NCBI GenBank assembly: GCA_014859345.1
Contig: JACUUL010000002.1
Coordinates: 391-64,390 of the forward strand
Length of the DNA: 64,000 nucleotides
Origin: Thermoleophilia bacterium
Lineage (GTDB): Bacteria > Actinomycetota > Thermoleophilia > BMS3ABIN01
Direction: 5' to 3'
The translations under genes and the position numbers were made by a program. The notes under the pieces were generated by a model. That model saw only the letters and a list, made by a program, of their open reading frames with translations, ran no database searches and had not been told where the DNA came from. Positions 1 to 11,208 of this stretch are shown one piece after another; the stretch's first letter is position 1; each line of letters begins with the position of its first letter.

Positions 1-573
1 GTGGAGCCTGACAAAATCAATAAGATTCTTGATGCCGCCTGCTGGGCTCCATCGCCATCGAACAGTCAACCATGGGAATTCGTCGTCATAACCAATGAAG
101 CCTCGCGAAACCGGCTTTACGATCTCTCGGAAATCGCCCGCGAGAAAGGCACTGTCGAATTGCACGGGTACGCCTATGTCCGGCCAACGCCTATCGCCAG
201 TGTCGATGAGGAAAGCGAGGAGCGCGAGAAGTCCTTCCCTGACTATGCCTTCACATTCCTCAGGAAAGTTCCGGTGATTGTGGCCGTTGTCGGGCTTCCC
301 CAGGCACAAGTGAGGCTTAGAGGAGCCGGCAGGATCCAGGACGGTTACAAATACGCATGCGCCGCCGCTATTCAGAACATGCTGCTGGCAGCTCAGGCTC
401 TGGAGCTGGGAAGCCTCTGGTTTACTTTCTTCGATCAGAAACTTGTAGGCCAGTTCCTGAATATCGATCCCGGCAAGCACATTGTGGCGCTGGTCTGTCT
501 CGGTTATCCGGCGGGCGATGCGCGTTCTCCCGGGAGATATCCGTGTGAATCGAAAGTAAGGCGCCTGGACTAG
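1..573 (+). CDS. Nitroreductase family protein (may be 5'-truncated at the window edge)
   Basis: Motifs AACWAPSPSNSQPWEFVVI, AAAIQNMLLAAQALELGSLW and VCLGYP. Confidence 0.9.
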   Translation: MEPDKINKILDAACWAPSPSNSQPWEFVVITNEASRNRLYDLSEIAREKGTVELHGYAYVRPTPIASVDEESEEREKSFPDYAFTFLRKVPVIVAVVGLPQAQVRLRGAGRIQDGYKYACAAAIQNMLLAAQALELGSLWFTFFDQKLVGQFLNIDPGKHIVALVCLGYPAGDARSPGRYPCESKVRRLD

Positions 574-575
574 CC

Positions 576-1166
576 ATGCGTGTTCTGGGTATTCACGGAA
601 GCCCCAGGGTGGGTGGAAATTCCGATACGTTGTTGTCCGCCGCGCTTGCCGGAGCCGAAGAAGCCGGCGCTGAGATTAAAAGGATCAATGTGTCCGGCTT
701 GCGCATATCCGGATGCACAGAGTGCAATGACTGCTACGCGCTGGGCGAATGCAGCATTACTGACGATGACATGGGTCAGATTTATGACGCGCTGGAGTGG
801 GCCGACAGGATCATCTTCGCGTCTCCTATCTTCTTCATGGGGCTGCCGTCGCAGGCCAAGGCCCTTATCGACAGATGTCAGCGCTACTGGGCTCTCAAGC
901 ACGTTCTGGGAGAAGAGTTTCCCCGCCCCGAAGGAGCTCCCGCCCGTTTCGGGATATTCATCGGGGTAGGCGCCACCAGGGGGAAAAAACTGTTTGACGG
1001 AGTGATTCTGACCATGAAATATTTCTTCGACGCGATCAGCATGAAGCCGGTGGAGGACCTTTATGTCCTGATTCGTGGAATCGACGAGAAGGGAGAAATA
1101 AGCACAAATGCAGAAGCTCTTCGATCCGCGCGCGAGTCCGGCGGAAAACTTGCCGCTATGGATTGA
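576..1166 (+). CDS. Iron-sulfur flavoprotein (Isf-like) / NADPH-dependent FMN reductase family
   Basis: N-terminal GIHGSPRVGGNS flavodoxin loop, CTECNDCYALGEC cluster motif, DDM, FASPIFF, KALIDRCQ. Confidence 0.9.
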   Translation: MRVLGIHGSPRVGGNSDTLLSAALAGAEEAGAEIKRINVSGLRISGCTECNDCYALGECSITDDDMGQIYDALEWADRIIFASPIFFMGLPSQAKALIDRCQRYWALKHVLGEEFPRPEGAPARFGIFIGVGATRGKKLFDGVILTMKYFFDAISMKPVEDLYVLIRGIDEKGEISTNAEALRSARESGGKLAAMD

Positions 1167-1183
1167 CGCCGGTACCGGAAATC

Positions 1184-1474
1184 TCAGCGCGGGCTGGTCT
1201 CATCCGGCGATTGCCGGCGGTCATGACCCTTGAGCGGATCCTGGGCAATCCGCCGGTCAACAATGACCGTAACCCCCGCAAGGCTGCTTGAAAGTTCCTG
1301 ACAGCGACGCTTGAGAAAAGGCATCCGGCGGTCAACAATCAACAGCTCTCCGTTTTGCGTGGGCACCACAGATGATTTGAATCCACAGAAACGACAGCTG
1401 CTAAATTTGTTATAAGTGTGGCCGTTTTCGTTTTTTCGGTTGCCGCAATATGGACAAAAAAGTCCGCTTCTCAT
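1184..1474 (-). CDS. Small hypothetical zinc-ribbon protein with three DRR motifs
   Basis: CPYCG...CRFCG, then IVDRR, IVDRR, HDRR; ATG at 1474 lies 6 nt after TATACT (possible leaderless mRNA). Confidence 0.6.
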   Translation of the reverse strand: MRSGLFCPYCGNRKNENGHTYNKFSSCRFCGFKSSVVPTQNGELLIVDRRMPFLKRRCQELSSSLAGVTVIVDRRIAQDPLKGHDRRQSPDETSPR

Positions 1475-1553
1475 GTACCGAGTATAGACGCGGGCCAAGG
1501 GGTGAACCATCGGGGATTCCCCTGAAATACAGGCATTATTAATATCCTAATAA

Positions 1554-1844
1554 ATGGAAGAACACATGAAAAAATTTACCCTTGAAGAGCTCAAGGAGCA
1601 TAACGGCAGACAGGGAACCATCTATGTTGCCTTCAAAGGCAAAGTCTACGACTTGACCGAAAGCTATCTCTGGGAGGATGGTTTGCATCAGGATCTGCAC
1701 GAGGCCGGCATGGACCTGAGCAAGGAAATGGCTGAAGCGCCCCATGATGAAGACCTTTTAAGAAACTTCCCGGTCATTGGCGAACTGGATGAAGGAGGAA
1801 GCCCGGGCGGCGGGGGACAGGCCAACGCATTCGGCTTACTCTAG
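1554..1844 (+). CDS. Cytochrome b5-like heme/steroid-binding protein
   Basis: FTLEELKEHNG, YVAFKGKVYDLT, HEAGMDLS, APH, FPVIGEL; start may be the ATG at 1566. Confidence 0.9.
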   Translation: MEEHMKKFTLEELKEHNGRQGTIYVAFKGKVYDLTESYLWEDGLHQDLHEAGMDLSKEMAEAPHDEDLLRNFPVIGELDEGGSPGGGGQANAFGLL

Positions 1845-1851
1845 GAGTTAT

Positions 1852-1926
1852 TGGCTCCTCGGGCAGGACTCGAACCTGCAACAAACCGGTTAACAGCCGG
1901 TTGCTCTACCATTGAGCTACCGAGGA
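1852..1926 (-). tRNA. tRNA-Asn (GTT)
   Basis: Reverse complement TCCTCGGTAGCTCAATGGTAGAGCAACCGGCTGTTAACCGGTTTGTTGCAGGTTCGAGTCCTGCCCGAGGAGCCA folds as a cloverleaf with GTT anticodon and encoded CCA. Confidence 0.97.
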
Positions 1927-1970
1927 GCATTTGCTGGTGGGAAAAAGGATATCCGGCCCCGACTGAGAGC

Positions 1971-2000
1971 ATTATAGAGGGGCGCGGGCGGGGTTTTCAA
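1971..2000 (-). promoter_or_regulatory. Sigma-A type promoter of tRNA-Asn
   Basis: TTGAAA-18 nt-TATAAT on the minus strand about 45 nt upstream of the tRNA. Confidence 0.6.
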
Positions 2001-2060
2001 GAAAGTGCTTGCTGCTACGGCTTCAGGTTTGCGTCCGGTTTACCGGCCGAAAGGGTGTTT

Positions 2061-3185
2061 TTACTCCAGGAATTCCTTCAGTTTTTGAGACTCGCGGTAA
2101 CTCTTGAGCTTCACCAGTGTTTTGGCCTCGATCTGACGGATGCGCTCGCGGGTGACTCCGAATTTCTGGCCCACTTCTTCCAGAGTGCGGGGATGTTCGC
2201 CCTTAAGTCCGAACCGCAGCTCTATCACTTTTCTCTCTCTGTGAGTCAGGCTGCACAGAACCCGGGTCAGGTCCTCCTTCTGCATGATGTCAGAAACCGC
2301 GTCGGCAGGTGCCACGGCGTCATTGTCCTCAATGAAGTCGCCCAGCTGGCTGTCCTCTTCTTCCCCGATCGGCGTTTCCAGGGACACGGGTTCCTGCGAT
2401 ATCTTGAGGATTTCCCGCACCTTGTCGGGAGTTGTGTCCATTTCCTTCGCGATCTCGAAAGGCGTCGGCTCCCGGCCCTTGTCCTGCAGCAGCTGGCGCT
2501 GCACCCGGATCAGCTTGTTTATGGTTTCCACCATGTGAACCGGGATGCGGATCGTCCGCGCCTGATCGGCGATCGCGCGGGTGATAGCCTGACGGATCCA
2601 CCATGTCGCGTAAGTGGAGAATTTGTACCCCTTGCGGTAATCAAATTTCTCTACAGCTCTGATGAGCCCCAGGTTTCCCTCCTGGATGAGGTCGAGGAAC
2701 AGCATACCCCGGCCAACGTAGCGCTTGGCGATGCTCACCACCAGCCGCAGATTGGCCTGGATAAGCCGGCGTTTGGCCTCCATGTCCTGCCGCTCGATGC
2801 GCTTGGCCAGGGCCACCTCCTCTTCAGCGGTTAGCAGCGGCACCCGGCCGATCTCCTTAAGATAAAGGCGCACCGGATCGCTGGTAGGGGTTTTGACTGA
2901 CAAGTCGAGGCGGTTGAGTATCTCGTCCTCGTTGACCTTGCCATCCTGGACCCCCGGCTCCAGCAGCAGCTCGTTATCCTCTTCCATCACTTCGATGCCC
3001 ATGTCCACGAACATGGCATAGATGTTCTCGATCTGATCAGTGTTCAGATCCACGTCCTGCAGCACGTCCGCAACCCGGTCCGAGGAAAGATATCCTTGTT
3101 CTTTTCCTTCCATGACCAGCTCGCGCACTTCGTCCAGGACAAGCTCGTCGTGCGGATTGATGCCCGTGTCCTCAGTCTGGCTCAT
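2061..3185 (-). CDS. rpoD: RNA polymerase primary sigma factor RpoD/SigA
   Basis: [95 protein letters not shown]; ATG 3185 overlaps the dnaG stop (ATGA). Confidence 0.97.
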   Translation of the reverse strand: MSQTEDTGINPHDELVLDEVRELVMEGKEQGYLSSDRVADVLQDVDLNTDQIENIYAMFVDMGIEVMEEDNELLLEPGVQDGKVNEDEILNRLDLSVKTPTSDPVRLYLKEIGRVPLLTAEEEVALAKRIERQDMEAKRRLIQANLRLVVSIAKRYVGRGMLFLDLIQEGNLGLIRAVEKFDYRKGYKFSTYATWWIRQAITRAIADQARTIRIPVHMVETINKLIRVQRQLLQDKGREPTPFEIAKEMDTTPDKVREILKISQEPVSLETPIGEEEDSQLGDFIEDNDAVAPADAVSDIMQKEDLTRVLCSLTHRERKVIELRFGLKGEHPRTLEEVGQKFGVTRERIRQIEAKTLVKLKSYRESQKLKEFLE

Positions 3186-4969
3186 ACAGTTTCGAAAGTG
3201 CCGGATTGAATTTTTCTGAGGATTCCGCGACGCCGGTCTTCCAGCCGGTATAGCTCTTTGAGATCCACCTCTTCCCCGCTTCCCAATCTTGACTTGAGCT
3301 TCTCGATCCGCCGGTATATCTCGCTTTCGCAAAGCCTCATGAAAAGTTCGGGAAGAGCAGCGGGAGAGTATTTCTCGGTTTGAGCACGGATGAAAAGTTC
3401 GGAGATTAAATCGCTAAGCTCGCCGCCGGCCGGCAGCGCCGTTTCTTTGATCACAGACCCGGTTTCTTTAACGCTCGCGAGCCTGTTCTTGACCCAGTTA
3501 AATGCAGACCGGTTGAGATCGGTCGTAAAGTGGGCTTCGGTCATGAGCTGCAAGTACCTTCCCGCCTCTTCTTCCCGTGCCAGGCACAGGCTGAGGAAAC
3601 TTCTCTCGGTTATCTCCCCCTGAGAGAGAACCCGCCGCTTAGTACTGCCGCCGGCATCACCATTTTCGGTAGACGGCGCCGACTGCATTAAGTATGCCAT
3701 ATTTTCAGGGCTAAGGCGGAGCCGGCCCGCCACGATTCTTATCTGCTCATCCCGTTCTATCGAATTCGGCGCCTGTGAAAGTATCGGTCCCAGCTTCTTG
3801 AAAGCCTGCACCTTCCCTTCGGTGCTATCCAGATCCGACAGCGAAAGCGCAGTTTGAACTTGGTATTTTAACAATCCTGGCGCGCTGGCGGCAAGTTCGC
3901 CAAACTGTTCAAGCCCACCTGTTGCAAAGACCAGATCCGCTGGATCATTTCCCGTGGGCATCTCGATGACCCTGACGTTCAGGCCCAGTCTCCTGGCAGG
4001 CTCGAGCGCCCGCAGCATAGCCGACCGGCCGGCCCAATCGGCGTCAAAGGCCAAAAAAACGTTCTTGGTGAATCTCGATATCTCCCGCATCTGCTGCTCG
4101 GTAAGAGCCGTGCCCATCGAAGCCACGGCAGCCGGCATGCCGGCCTGATTAAGGGCCAAAACATCCGTATAGCCTTCGACCACGAATACCCTGTTCTCCC
4201 TGGTGATGGCCCTTCTGGCATTGCCCAGGCCGAAAACCAGCCTGCTCTTGTGGTATAACTCTGTTTCCGGAGAATTCATGTATTTTGGCTTGCTTTCATC
4301 GAGAACGCGGGCGCCAAAGCCCAGCACCCGGCCCCTATGGTCTGTAAATGGGAACATCAACCGTCCCCGGAAGCGATCCATCTTCCCCCCTCCGCGCCGG
4401 TCACTCAGAAGGCCGGCCCGGACCAGTTCTTCTATGGCATAACCCTTGGCGGTGGCTGCCTTGAGCAGCGCCTTGCCCTTCTCCGGTGAAAAACCAAGCC
4501 TGAAATCGCTTATTACCTCTTCCTTGAAACCCCTTCTGCTGAGGTAGTCGCGGGCCGCCGCGGCCGAAGATGATTCCTGGAGAACCCGCGAGTAATATCC
4601 GGCAGCCTGATCCAGCAGCGAATAGATTCTCTCTTTGCCAACCCGGCGCTTCTCCTCTTCCGGGCTGCTACTCTCATAATCCAGGCTGACGCCGTATTTA
4701 TCAGCCAGGCTTCTTACCGCATCCACGAACTGAAGCCCCTCCTTTTCCTGGATGAAGCGAAACGCGTTGCCGCCTTCGCCACAACCGAAGCAGTAATAAA
4801 GCTTGCGAACGGGATCCACGGAAAATGAGGGAGTCTTCTCGCCATGGAAGGGACAGCGTCCCATATGGCTGGTTCCGCTTTTTTTCAGGGTTGTGTAGGG
4901 GGCGACGATTTCCAGCATGTCGCAGGCATCGAGCACCGCCTGGATGCTGGCCTGGGTTATGAGCGCCAT
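3182..4969 (-). CDS. dnaG: DNA primase
   Basis: CHC2 zinc finger [11 protein letters not shown]...[25 protein letters not shown] and FDAD, DPAD. Confidence 0.97.
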   Translation of the reverse strand: MALITQASIQAVLDACDMLEIVAPYTTLKKSGTSHMGRCPFHGEKTPSFSVDPVRKLYYCFGCGEGGNAFRFIQEKEGLQFVDAVRSLADKYGVSLDYESSSPEEEKRRVGKERIYSLLDQAAGYYSRVLQESSSAAAARDYLSRRGFKEEVISDFRLGFSPEKGKALLKAATAKGYAIEELVRAGLLSDRRGGGKMDRFRGRLMFPFTDHRGRVLGFGARVLDESKPKYMNSPETELYHKSRLVFGLGNARRAITRENRVFVVEGYTDVLALNQAGMPAAVASMGTALTEQQMREISRFTKNVFLAFDADWAGRSAMLRALEPARRLGLNVRVIEMPTGNDPADLVFATGGLEQFGELAASAPGLLKYQVQTALSLSDLDSTEGKVQAFKKLGPILSQAPNSIERDEQIRIVAGRLRLSPENMAYLMQSAPSTENGDAGGSTKRRVLSQGEITERSFLSLCLAREEEAGRYLQLMTEAHFTTDLNRSAFNWVKNRLASVKETGSVIKETALPAGGELSDLISELFIRAQTEKYSPAALPELFMRLCESEIYRRIEKLKSRLGSGEEVDLKELYRLEDRRRGILRKIQSGTFETV

Positions 4970-5030
4970 GAGCCGGACCTCTCCCTGACCTCAGACAAGC
5001 GCTTTGAAGGCTCCTCGAACCGGTCGTTTT

Positions 5031-6098
5031 TCAATGACGTCCCTGTCCTTTCTCTTGCCCATCGCCCGCCGCCTCCCCACCCCGGGGCGGCCACTCGCTG
5101 GGAATGAAAAGCCGCTTGAAGACACGGATGGCATAGCGGTCGGTCATGCCGGCGATATAATCGGACACGACGGTGTGAAGGTCGTCGCCACCGGTCAGGG
5201 ACCATTCCGGCAACGTCTCCGGATTTTCACTGCAATATTCGAAAAGGCCTTCGATGACATTGCGCACACGCCCCATCTCCCGGCTGGCCACCGAGCCCAG
5301 ATAGACTTTCTCAAAAAGGAAATTCCGCAAGCTGTCCATCGCCTCTCTCATGGGCGGGCTCATGACAATGTCATTGTTTTCGAAACTGCTTTCCACGAGG
5401 TCATGCACCAGGCCATCGATGCGAGCGCTGCAGGAATCTCCCAGAAAGCGAGCGCCGGCCGGCAGGTCGGCGGCCTTGATGATGCCGGCCCGCAGCGCAT
5501 CGTCGACGTCGTGATTTACATACGCGATGCGGTCAGCAATACGTACGATGCGGCCCTCCAGGGTTTCAGGCAAATCGGGGCCGGTATGCCTGAGAATGCC
5601 GTCCTCCACCTCAGCGCACAGATTGAGCCCCCTGCCGGCATGCTCCAAGCGGCGCACGACCCGCAGACTCTGATGATTGTGCTCGAAGACCCGGCCCGTG
5701 CGGCTCTTAAGCGACGCGGAAAGGGCCTCTTCGCCGATATGACCGAATGGCGTATGGCCCAGATCGTGTCCCAGGCTGATGGCTTCGGCCAGGTCCTCAT
5801 TCAGCCTGAGGGCGCGGGCCGCGGTGCGGGAGATGCCCGAAACCTCCAGTGTGTGGGTAAGCCGGGTACGGTAATGATCGCCTTCAGGGGCGATGAAGAC
5901 CTGGGTCTTGTGCTTCAGGCGCCGGAAGCTCTTGCTGTGCACGATACGGTCGCGGTCGCGCTGGAAGCAGGTCCTGAGAGAACAGGGTTTTTCCGGCACC
6001 GCTCTGCCCCGGCTCTCTCCAGCCCTGGCCGCGAAAGGGGAAAGGTATTTACCCTCCCACTCCTCTGTGACGGACGCGGATGTCGGGTGGGCGCTCAT
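5031..6098 (-). CDS. dgt: Deoxyguanosinetriphosphate triphosphohydrolase (HD family)
   Basis: FQRDRDRIVHSKSFRRLKHKTQVF, RTRLTHTLEV, GHDLGHTPFGH, DYIAGMTDRYA. Confidence 0.95.
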   Translation of the reverse strand: MSAHPTSASVTEEWEGKYLSPFAARAGESRGRAVPEKPCSLRTCFQRDRDRIVHSKSFRRLKHKTQVFIAPEGDHYRTRLTHTLEVSGISRTAARALRLNEDLAEAISLGHDLGHTPFGHIGEEALSASLKSRTGRVFEHNHQSLRVVRRLEHAGRGLNLCAEVEDGILRHTGPDLPETLEGRIVRIADRIAYVNHDVDDALRAGIIKAADLPAGARFLGDSCSARIDGLVHDLVESSFENNDIVMSPPMREAMDSLRNFLFEKVYLGSVASREMGRVRNVIEGLFEYCSENPETLPEWSLTGGDDLHTVVSDYIAGMTDRYAIRVFKRLFIPSEWPPRGGEAAGDGQEKGQGRH

Positions 6099-6242
6099 GT
6101 TAACCAGCTTATAACTTATCCAGCGGACAGAAACGGCCGGAGTTACAGGTCCGGCCGGTACATTTGACGGTTATGTGAGTTTAGCTTAACGGACTTAATA
6201 ATAGAACCGCATGGGGCATAAGGCCAGCCTATGCCCTCTGAG

Positions 6243-8909
6243 TTACGCCGTCGTATACATCATCTTCTTCTCTTCCAGGACCGCCTGGGCCGCAGCCAGC
6301 CTGGCCAGGGGCACCCGGAAAGGTGAGCAGCTGACGTAATCGAGACCTACCCGGTGGCAGAACTTGACGCTGGCCGGCTCGCCGCCGTGCTCGCCGCAGA
6401 CGCCCAGCTTGATTCCCGGTTTCTTCTGGCGGCTTTCTTTTACGGCCAACTCCACCAGGCGGCCCACGCCGTTGATATCGATCGTCTCGAATGGATTGTA
6501 CTTGACGATCCCCTCTTCCAGATAGAACGTGAGAAACTTGCCTTCGGCGTCGTCCCGCGAAAAACCGAGCGTGGTTTGGGTGAGATCGTTGGTGCCGAAG
6601 CTGAAAAAGTCGGCGTAATCGGAGATGTGGCCCGCGGTCAGCGCCGCCCTCGGCAGCTCGATCATGGTGCCGACCAGATACTCGATCTTGACGCCCGCAC
6701 GCACCAGCACCTCATCACAGGTCTTAACGGCGAGCTCGCGCATCATGTGAAGCTCCTCGGCATATCCCACCAGCGGAATCATGATTTCCACCTGCGGATC
6801 GTCTCCGGATTTCTTGCTGACCTCAACGGCCGCCCGCATGATTGCCCGCACCTGCATCTCGTAAATCTCCGGCCACTGGATGCCCAGACGGCAGCCGCGG
6901 GTTCCTAGCATCGGATTCATCTCCTTCAGGGCCCGCACGCGGCCGGCCAGTTTCTCCTTTTCGGTGATCTCCACCGCGGGGGCTCCGGTCAGCCGGGCCC
7001 GCTCGAGGTCCACCATGACCTCGGTATAATCGGGGAGAAACTCGTGCAGAGGCGGGTCCAGCAGGCGAATCGTGACCGGCAGGCCGTGCATGGCCTCGAA
7101 AATGCCCTCGAAATCTGCCTGCTGCACGGGCAGGAGCTTGTCGAGGAAAGATTTGCGCTCTTCGGAGCTCTCGGACATGATCATCTGCCTGACGATTGGC
7201 AGGCGGTCTTCCTGCATGAACATGTGTTCGGTCCGGCACAGCCCTATGCCCTGGGCGCCGAACTCACGGGCCTTGATGGCGTCTTCGGGCGTGTCGGCAT
7301 TGGTACGCACGCTCAGCTTGCGGATCTCATCGGCCCAGGCCACAATGGCCTGGAAATTCTCGTTGATCTGCTGGGGCACCAGATCGACTGCTCCCTGTAT
7401 GACCTTACCGGTGGTGCCATCGATGCTGATAATGTCCCCTTCCCTTACAACGGTGCCATTGACGCTGAACCGTTTCTCCTTGTCGTCGATATGAATCTGC
7501 TCTGCGCCGCACACGGCAGGCTTGCCCATGCCGCGGGCGACCACGGCCGCGTGACTGGTCATGCCGCCATGCGACGTAAGCACGCCCTGGGCCATGATCA
7601 GGCCGTGGATGTCATCGGGACTGGTCTCCCAACGCACCAGGATGACCGACTCTCCGGCTTTGCCCTTCTCCTCGGCGGTGTCGGCATCGAAAACTACCTT
7701 GCCCACGGCCGCGCCGGGGGAAGCATTCAAGCCGGTGGTGAGGACTTCGAACTCCGCGTCGGGATCGATCATCGGGTGCAGAAGCTGGTCGAGCTGGCCC
7801 GGGTCCACCTTGGCCACTGCCTCCTCCTTGGTGATCAGGCCCTCCTCGACCAGGTCGCTGGCGATCTTCACCGCTGCCGCGGCCGTGCGCTTGCCATCCC
7901 TGGTCTGCAGCATGTAGAACTTTCCCTTCTCGATGGTGAACTCGATATCCTCCATCTCGCGGTAATGCTGCTCCAGCTTGCGCATGGTATCCACTAGCTG
8001 CCGGAACACTTCCGGCATCTCCTGCTCCATGTCGGCCAGCTTCTTGGTCTTGCGGATGCCGGCCACCACGTCCTCCCCCTGGGCGTTTGTCAGGTAGTCT
8101 CCGAAGATCTCCTTCTCCCCGGTTGAAGGATTGCGGGTGAAGGCCACCCCGGTTCCGGAATTGTCACCCATATTGCCGAAGACCATCAGCTGCACGTTTA
8201 CGGCCGTGCCCAGGTCATCAGAAATATTGTAGTGGCGGCGGTAGGTTACGGCGCGAGGGTTACCCCAACTGCGGAAGACTGCTTGGATAGCCAGGTCCAG
8301 CTGCTCCCTGGGATCGGCAGGAAAGGAACGGCCTGTTTCCTTCTCCAGGATCGACTTGAACTTCTCCTCCACTGCTTTCAGTTGCTCCGGAGTCAGTTCG
8401 CTGTCGAAGTTGACGCCGGCTTTTTCCCGGGCCTCGGTCAGGACGTCCTCGAAGAGGTGACCCTCAATCTCCATCACCACCTTGCCGAACATCTGGATGA
8501 ACCGGCGGTAAGCATCGTAGGCGAAACGCTCATCGCCGGTCTTTTTGGCCAGCCCCTTGACTGAATCATCATTGAGCCCCAGATTTAGGACCGTGTCCAT
8601 CATCCCAGGCATGGAGAACTTGGCGCCGGAGCGGACGCTCACCAGAAGGGGATTCTCCGGGTCGCCCAGTTTTTTCCCCGTCTTTCCCTCCAGCCCCGCG
8701 AGATACCCGTCAACTTCCTCCTTGAGGCCCTCTGGAAATCTGTTGCCGAGCTGTCCGTATTCAATGCAGGCTTCCGTGGTGATTGTGAATCCGTCGGGAA
8801 CCGGAATGCCCAGATTTGTCATCTCGGCCAGATTGGCTCCCTTGCCGCCCAGCAGATCCTTCATTTCCCGTGAGCCTTCAGAAAAATCGTAAACATATTT
8901 CTTGCTCAT
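6243..8909 (-). CDS. ppdK: Pyruvate, phosphate dikinase
   Basis: LLGGKGANLAEM, SVRSGAKFSMPGMMDTVLNLGLN, GGMTSHAAVVARG, GIGLCRTEHMF, SFGTNDLTQ; GGAGG upstream of ATG 8909. Confidence 0.97.
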   Translation of the reverse strand: MSKKYVYDFSEGSREMKDLLGGKGANLAEMTNLGIPVPDGFTITTEACIEYGQLGNRFPEGLKEEVDGYLAGLEGKTGKKLGDPENPLLVSVRSGAKFSMPGMMDTVLNLGLNDDSVKGLAKKTGDERFAYDAYRRFIQMFGKVVMEIEGHLFEDVLTEAREKAGVNFDSELTPEQLKAVEEKFKSILEKETGRSFPADPREQLDLAIQAVFRSWGNPRAVTYRRHYNISDDLGTAVNVQLMVFGNMGDNSGTGVAFTRNPSTGEKEIFGDYLTNAQGEDVVAGIRKTKKLADMEQEMPEVFRQLVDTMRKLEQHYREMEDIEFTIEKGKFYMLQTRDGKRTAAAAVKIASDLVEEGLITKEEAVAKVDPGQLDQLLHPMIDPDAEFEVLTTGLNASPGAAVGKVVFDADTAEEKGKAGESVILVRWETSPDDIHGLIMAQGVLTSHGGMTSHAAVVARGMGKPAVCGAEQIHIDDKEKRFSVNGTVVREGDIISIDGTTGKVIQGAVDLVPQQINENFQAIVAWADEIRKLSVRTNADTPEDAIKAREFGAQGIGLCRTEHMFMQEDRLPIVRQMIMSESSEERKSFLDKLLPVQQADFEGIFEAMHGLPVTIRLLDPPLHEFLPDYTEVMVDLERARLTGAPAVEITEKEKLAGRVRALKEMNPMLGTRGCRLGIQWPEIYEMQVRAIMRAAVEVSKKSGDDPQVEIMIPLVGYAEELHMMRELAVKTCDEVLVRAGVKIEYLVGTMIELPRAALTAGHISDYADFFSFGTNDLTQTTLGFSRDDAEGKFLTFYLEEGIVKYNPFETIDINGVGRLVELAVKESRQKKPGIKLGVCGEHGGEPASVKFCHRVGLDYVSCSPFRVPLARLAAAQAVLEEKKMMYTTA

Positions 8910-9090
8910 CAATCCTCCCAAGACTAAAGAAAGATTCTTCCAGCCTCATGCGCAAGACCCCGGTTTCATGAGTTTTTACCGCTCAGTCCGCATTTATACT
9001 ATGCACTATCCGTTTCGGCCCGAAACCGGAACTACACCGGCAGGCTTCCGTCAGCGGGTGCACAATTCTATCTTACGAAGGGTTTTTAGG

Positions 9091-11208
9091 CTACTCCGGA
9101 GCAGCGGCCACCAGTATGGGATCTCCAAGCCGGAGCAGTATGCCGGCCACGCGGGACACCAGCGCCAGGCGGTTGGTTCGGACAGCTTCGTCTTCAGCCA
9201 TGACCAGCACGTCGTCGAAGAAGCGGTCCACCTGTGACCTGATGCCTGATGCCAGCTCAAGCGCTCTCCGGTAGTCACGGCGCGCGGCCAGCTCTGTGAT
9301 CCGGGGCTCCAGATCGTCCAGAACGCGCATGAGTTCGCGCTCGGCATCGTGCTCGAAGAGGCCCGTGTCAATCTCCGCCCCGGCAAATGCCTCCCCCGCC
9401 TTGGCCGCTATCTTGCTTGAGCGGAAATATGAGGTATGCAGGTCCTCAAACTCCCGCTGATGGCGGAACTCATCGAGGGCCTCAGCCAGATCGACAAGCC
9501 TGGCCGTGCTCTTCAGGCCGGCCCGGCGGGCAGCCTCGACGATTTCGACAGGCATTCCGCCTTCCACAAGCCGGTGCTGGATCCGGTCGTTTACGAACTC
9601 GAAAGCCGAGTCCACCACTCCCGGCTCCCTCTTTACATCGGCTTTCTGGCCTATATATTGCATGTGAGCCGCCAGCAGCAATTCAGTCAGATCGAAGTCG
9701 AAACCGTAACGGCTGGAGATCTCAGCCAGGCCGAGAGCAGCCCGCCTCAGGCCGTAAGGGTCCCGTGAACCGGTGGGCATCTCATCAACGGCGAACGCTC
9801 CCATGATGTTGTCTATCTTGTCGGCGACGGCCAGAACCGCCCCGGCCACGGTGCCCGGGAGCTCACCCCCGGCTGAAGTTGGCAGGTAATGCTCCTCTAT
9901 GGCGGTGCAGATGCCTGCGGAATATCCCTCCAGCCCCGCGTAAACGGATCCCATGTAACCCTCCAGGTCCGGGAATTCCTGCACCATATTGCTCACCTGG
10001 TCGGCCTTTGCCAGCCGGGCGGCCGCCATCGCCGTATCCTGTTCGGGGCCGCATAGCGCCAGCAGGCCGCCAAAGACCTCGACCAGCGATTCCAGGCGGG
10101 AGGTCTTGTCAGCCAAAGATCCCAGCAGACGGTGAAAAACGACGTTTTCAAGCCGGGCCGCCATCGCCTCGATCCCGGTTTTCAGGTCCTGGTCGAAAGA
10201 GAACTCGGCGTCCCCGATGCGGCCCTCCAGCACCCTCTCGTTTCCCTCGGTGATATCCGGCGCGGCTATGGGGTCGCCGTTCATGACGTAGAGAAAACCG
10301 GCCATTAGCGAACCGCCATCCTCGTTGACCAGGGGAAAATACCGCTGGTGGGACTGCATCGCCGTCACCAGGATCCGGTCCGGCAGGCGCAGGTGATCCT
10401 CCCCAAACGAACCAGCGTGCACACTGGGATTCTCGACCAGGTAAATGACCTCTTCCAATCGATCCGCGGGGTCGATGAAACGGCCGCCCATTTTCCCGGC
10501 CTCGGTGGCCAGGCCGGCCAATATGGCCTCGCGACGCTCTTCCTGATCGACGATGACCTTGTTTTCGGCCATCGCATTCCTGTAATCTTCCGCTCTGGCG
10601 ATCTCGACGCGCGCCCTGCCCAGGAACCGGTGGCCGCGGCTGGCGCTCGTGCTGGTTATGCCCGCGGCCTCGAATACAATGGTGTCTCCTCCATACTTCG
10701 CCACCAGCCATCGCACCGGGCGGGAGAAGCGCAGGCCTCCGCCGTTCCAGCGCATGGTCTTCGGAAACGCGATGGCCGAAAGGATCTCACGGCATACGAC
10801 CGGAATCACTTCCGGGACCGCCAGCCCTTCCTGCCGGTGGACTGCAAAAACGAACTGCTGGCCGCCTTGCTCCCGGACTACCAGGTCTCCGGAGGCCACT
10901 CCCTTGGCGCGGGCGAAGCCCTCCGCCGCTTTGGTGGGACGCCCCTCCGCGTCGAAGGCCTTGACCGCCACAGGGCCGCGCTCGGCTACTTCCCGGGGCT
11001 GCTGCTTGGACGGCATCTGCCGAACCAGGACCGCGATACGCCGGGGCGTTACCCAGCAAGAGACATTATCCGGCCCGACATCGATCTGATGCCGGGCCAG
11101 TGCCTCCCGCGTCAATGTGCCCGCTTGTTCGGCAGCAGCCCGGGCTGCTGCTGCGGGCAGCTCCTCGGTGCCGACCTCAAAAAGAAAATCGCGTGCCTCA
11201 GCGGTCAT
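9091..11208 (-). CDS. glyS: Glycine--tRNA ligase beta subunit
   Basis: [44 protein letters not shown]; ATG 11208 overlaps the glyQ stop. Confidence 0.95.
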   Translation of the reverse strand: MTAEARDFLFEVGTEELPAAAARAAAEQAGTLTREALARHQIDVGPDNVSCWVTPRRIAVLVRQMPSKQQPREVAERGPVAVKAFDAEGRPTKAAEGFARAKGVASGDLVVREQGGQQFVFAVHRQEGLAVPEVIPVVCREILSAIAFPKTMRWNGGGLRFSRPVRWLVAKYGGDTIVFEAAGITSTSASRGHRFLGRARVEIARAEDYRNAMAENKVIVDQEERREAILAGLATEAGKMGGRFIDPADRLEEVIYLVENPSVHAGSFGEDHLRLPDRILVTAMQSHQRYFPLVNEDGGSLMAGFLYVMNGDPIAAPDITEGNERVLEGRIGDAEFSFDQDLKTGIEAMAARLENVVFHRLLGSLADKTSRLESLVEVFGGLLALCGPEQDTAMAAARLAKADQVSNMVQEFPDLEGYMGSVYAGLEGYSAGICTAIEEHYLPTSAGGELPGTVAGAVLAVADKIDNIMGAFAVDEMPTGSRDPYGLRRAALGLAEISSRYGFDFDLTELLLAAHMQYIGQKADVKREPGVVDSAFEFVNDRIQHRLVEGGMPVEIVEAARRAGLKSTARLVDLAEALDEFRHQREFEDLHTSYFRSSKIAAKAGEAFAGAEIDTGLFEHDAERELMRVLDDLEPRITELAARRDYRRALELASGIRSQVDRFFDDVLVMAEDEAVRTNRLALVSRVAGILLRLGDPILVAAAPE

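Noticed and set aside
1851-2834. 327-aa plus-strand ORF
   Set aside because: Antisense shadow of tRNA-Asn and rpoD; its N-terminus is the translated tRNA complement.
5004-8892. Long plus-strand ORFs opposite dgt and ppdK, and similar ORFs opposite glyS, alaS, hisS, pdp, pycB and trpE
   Set aside because: Typical high-GC antisense open frames with no recognisable motifs.
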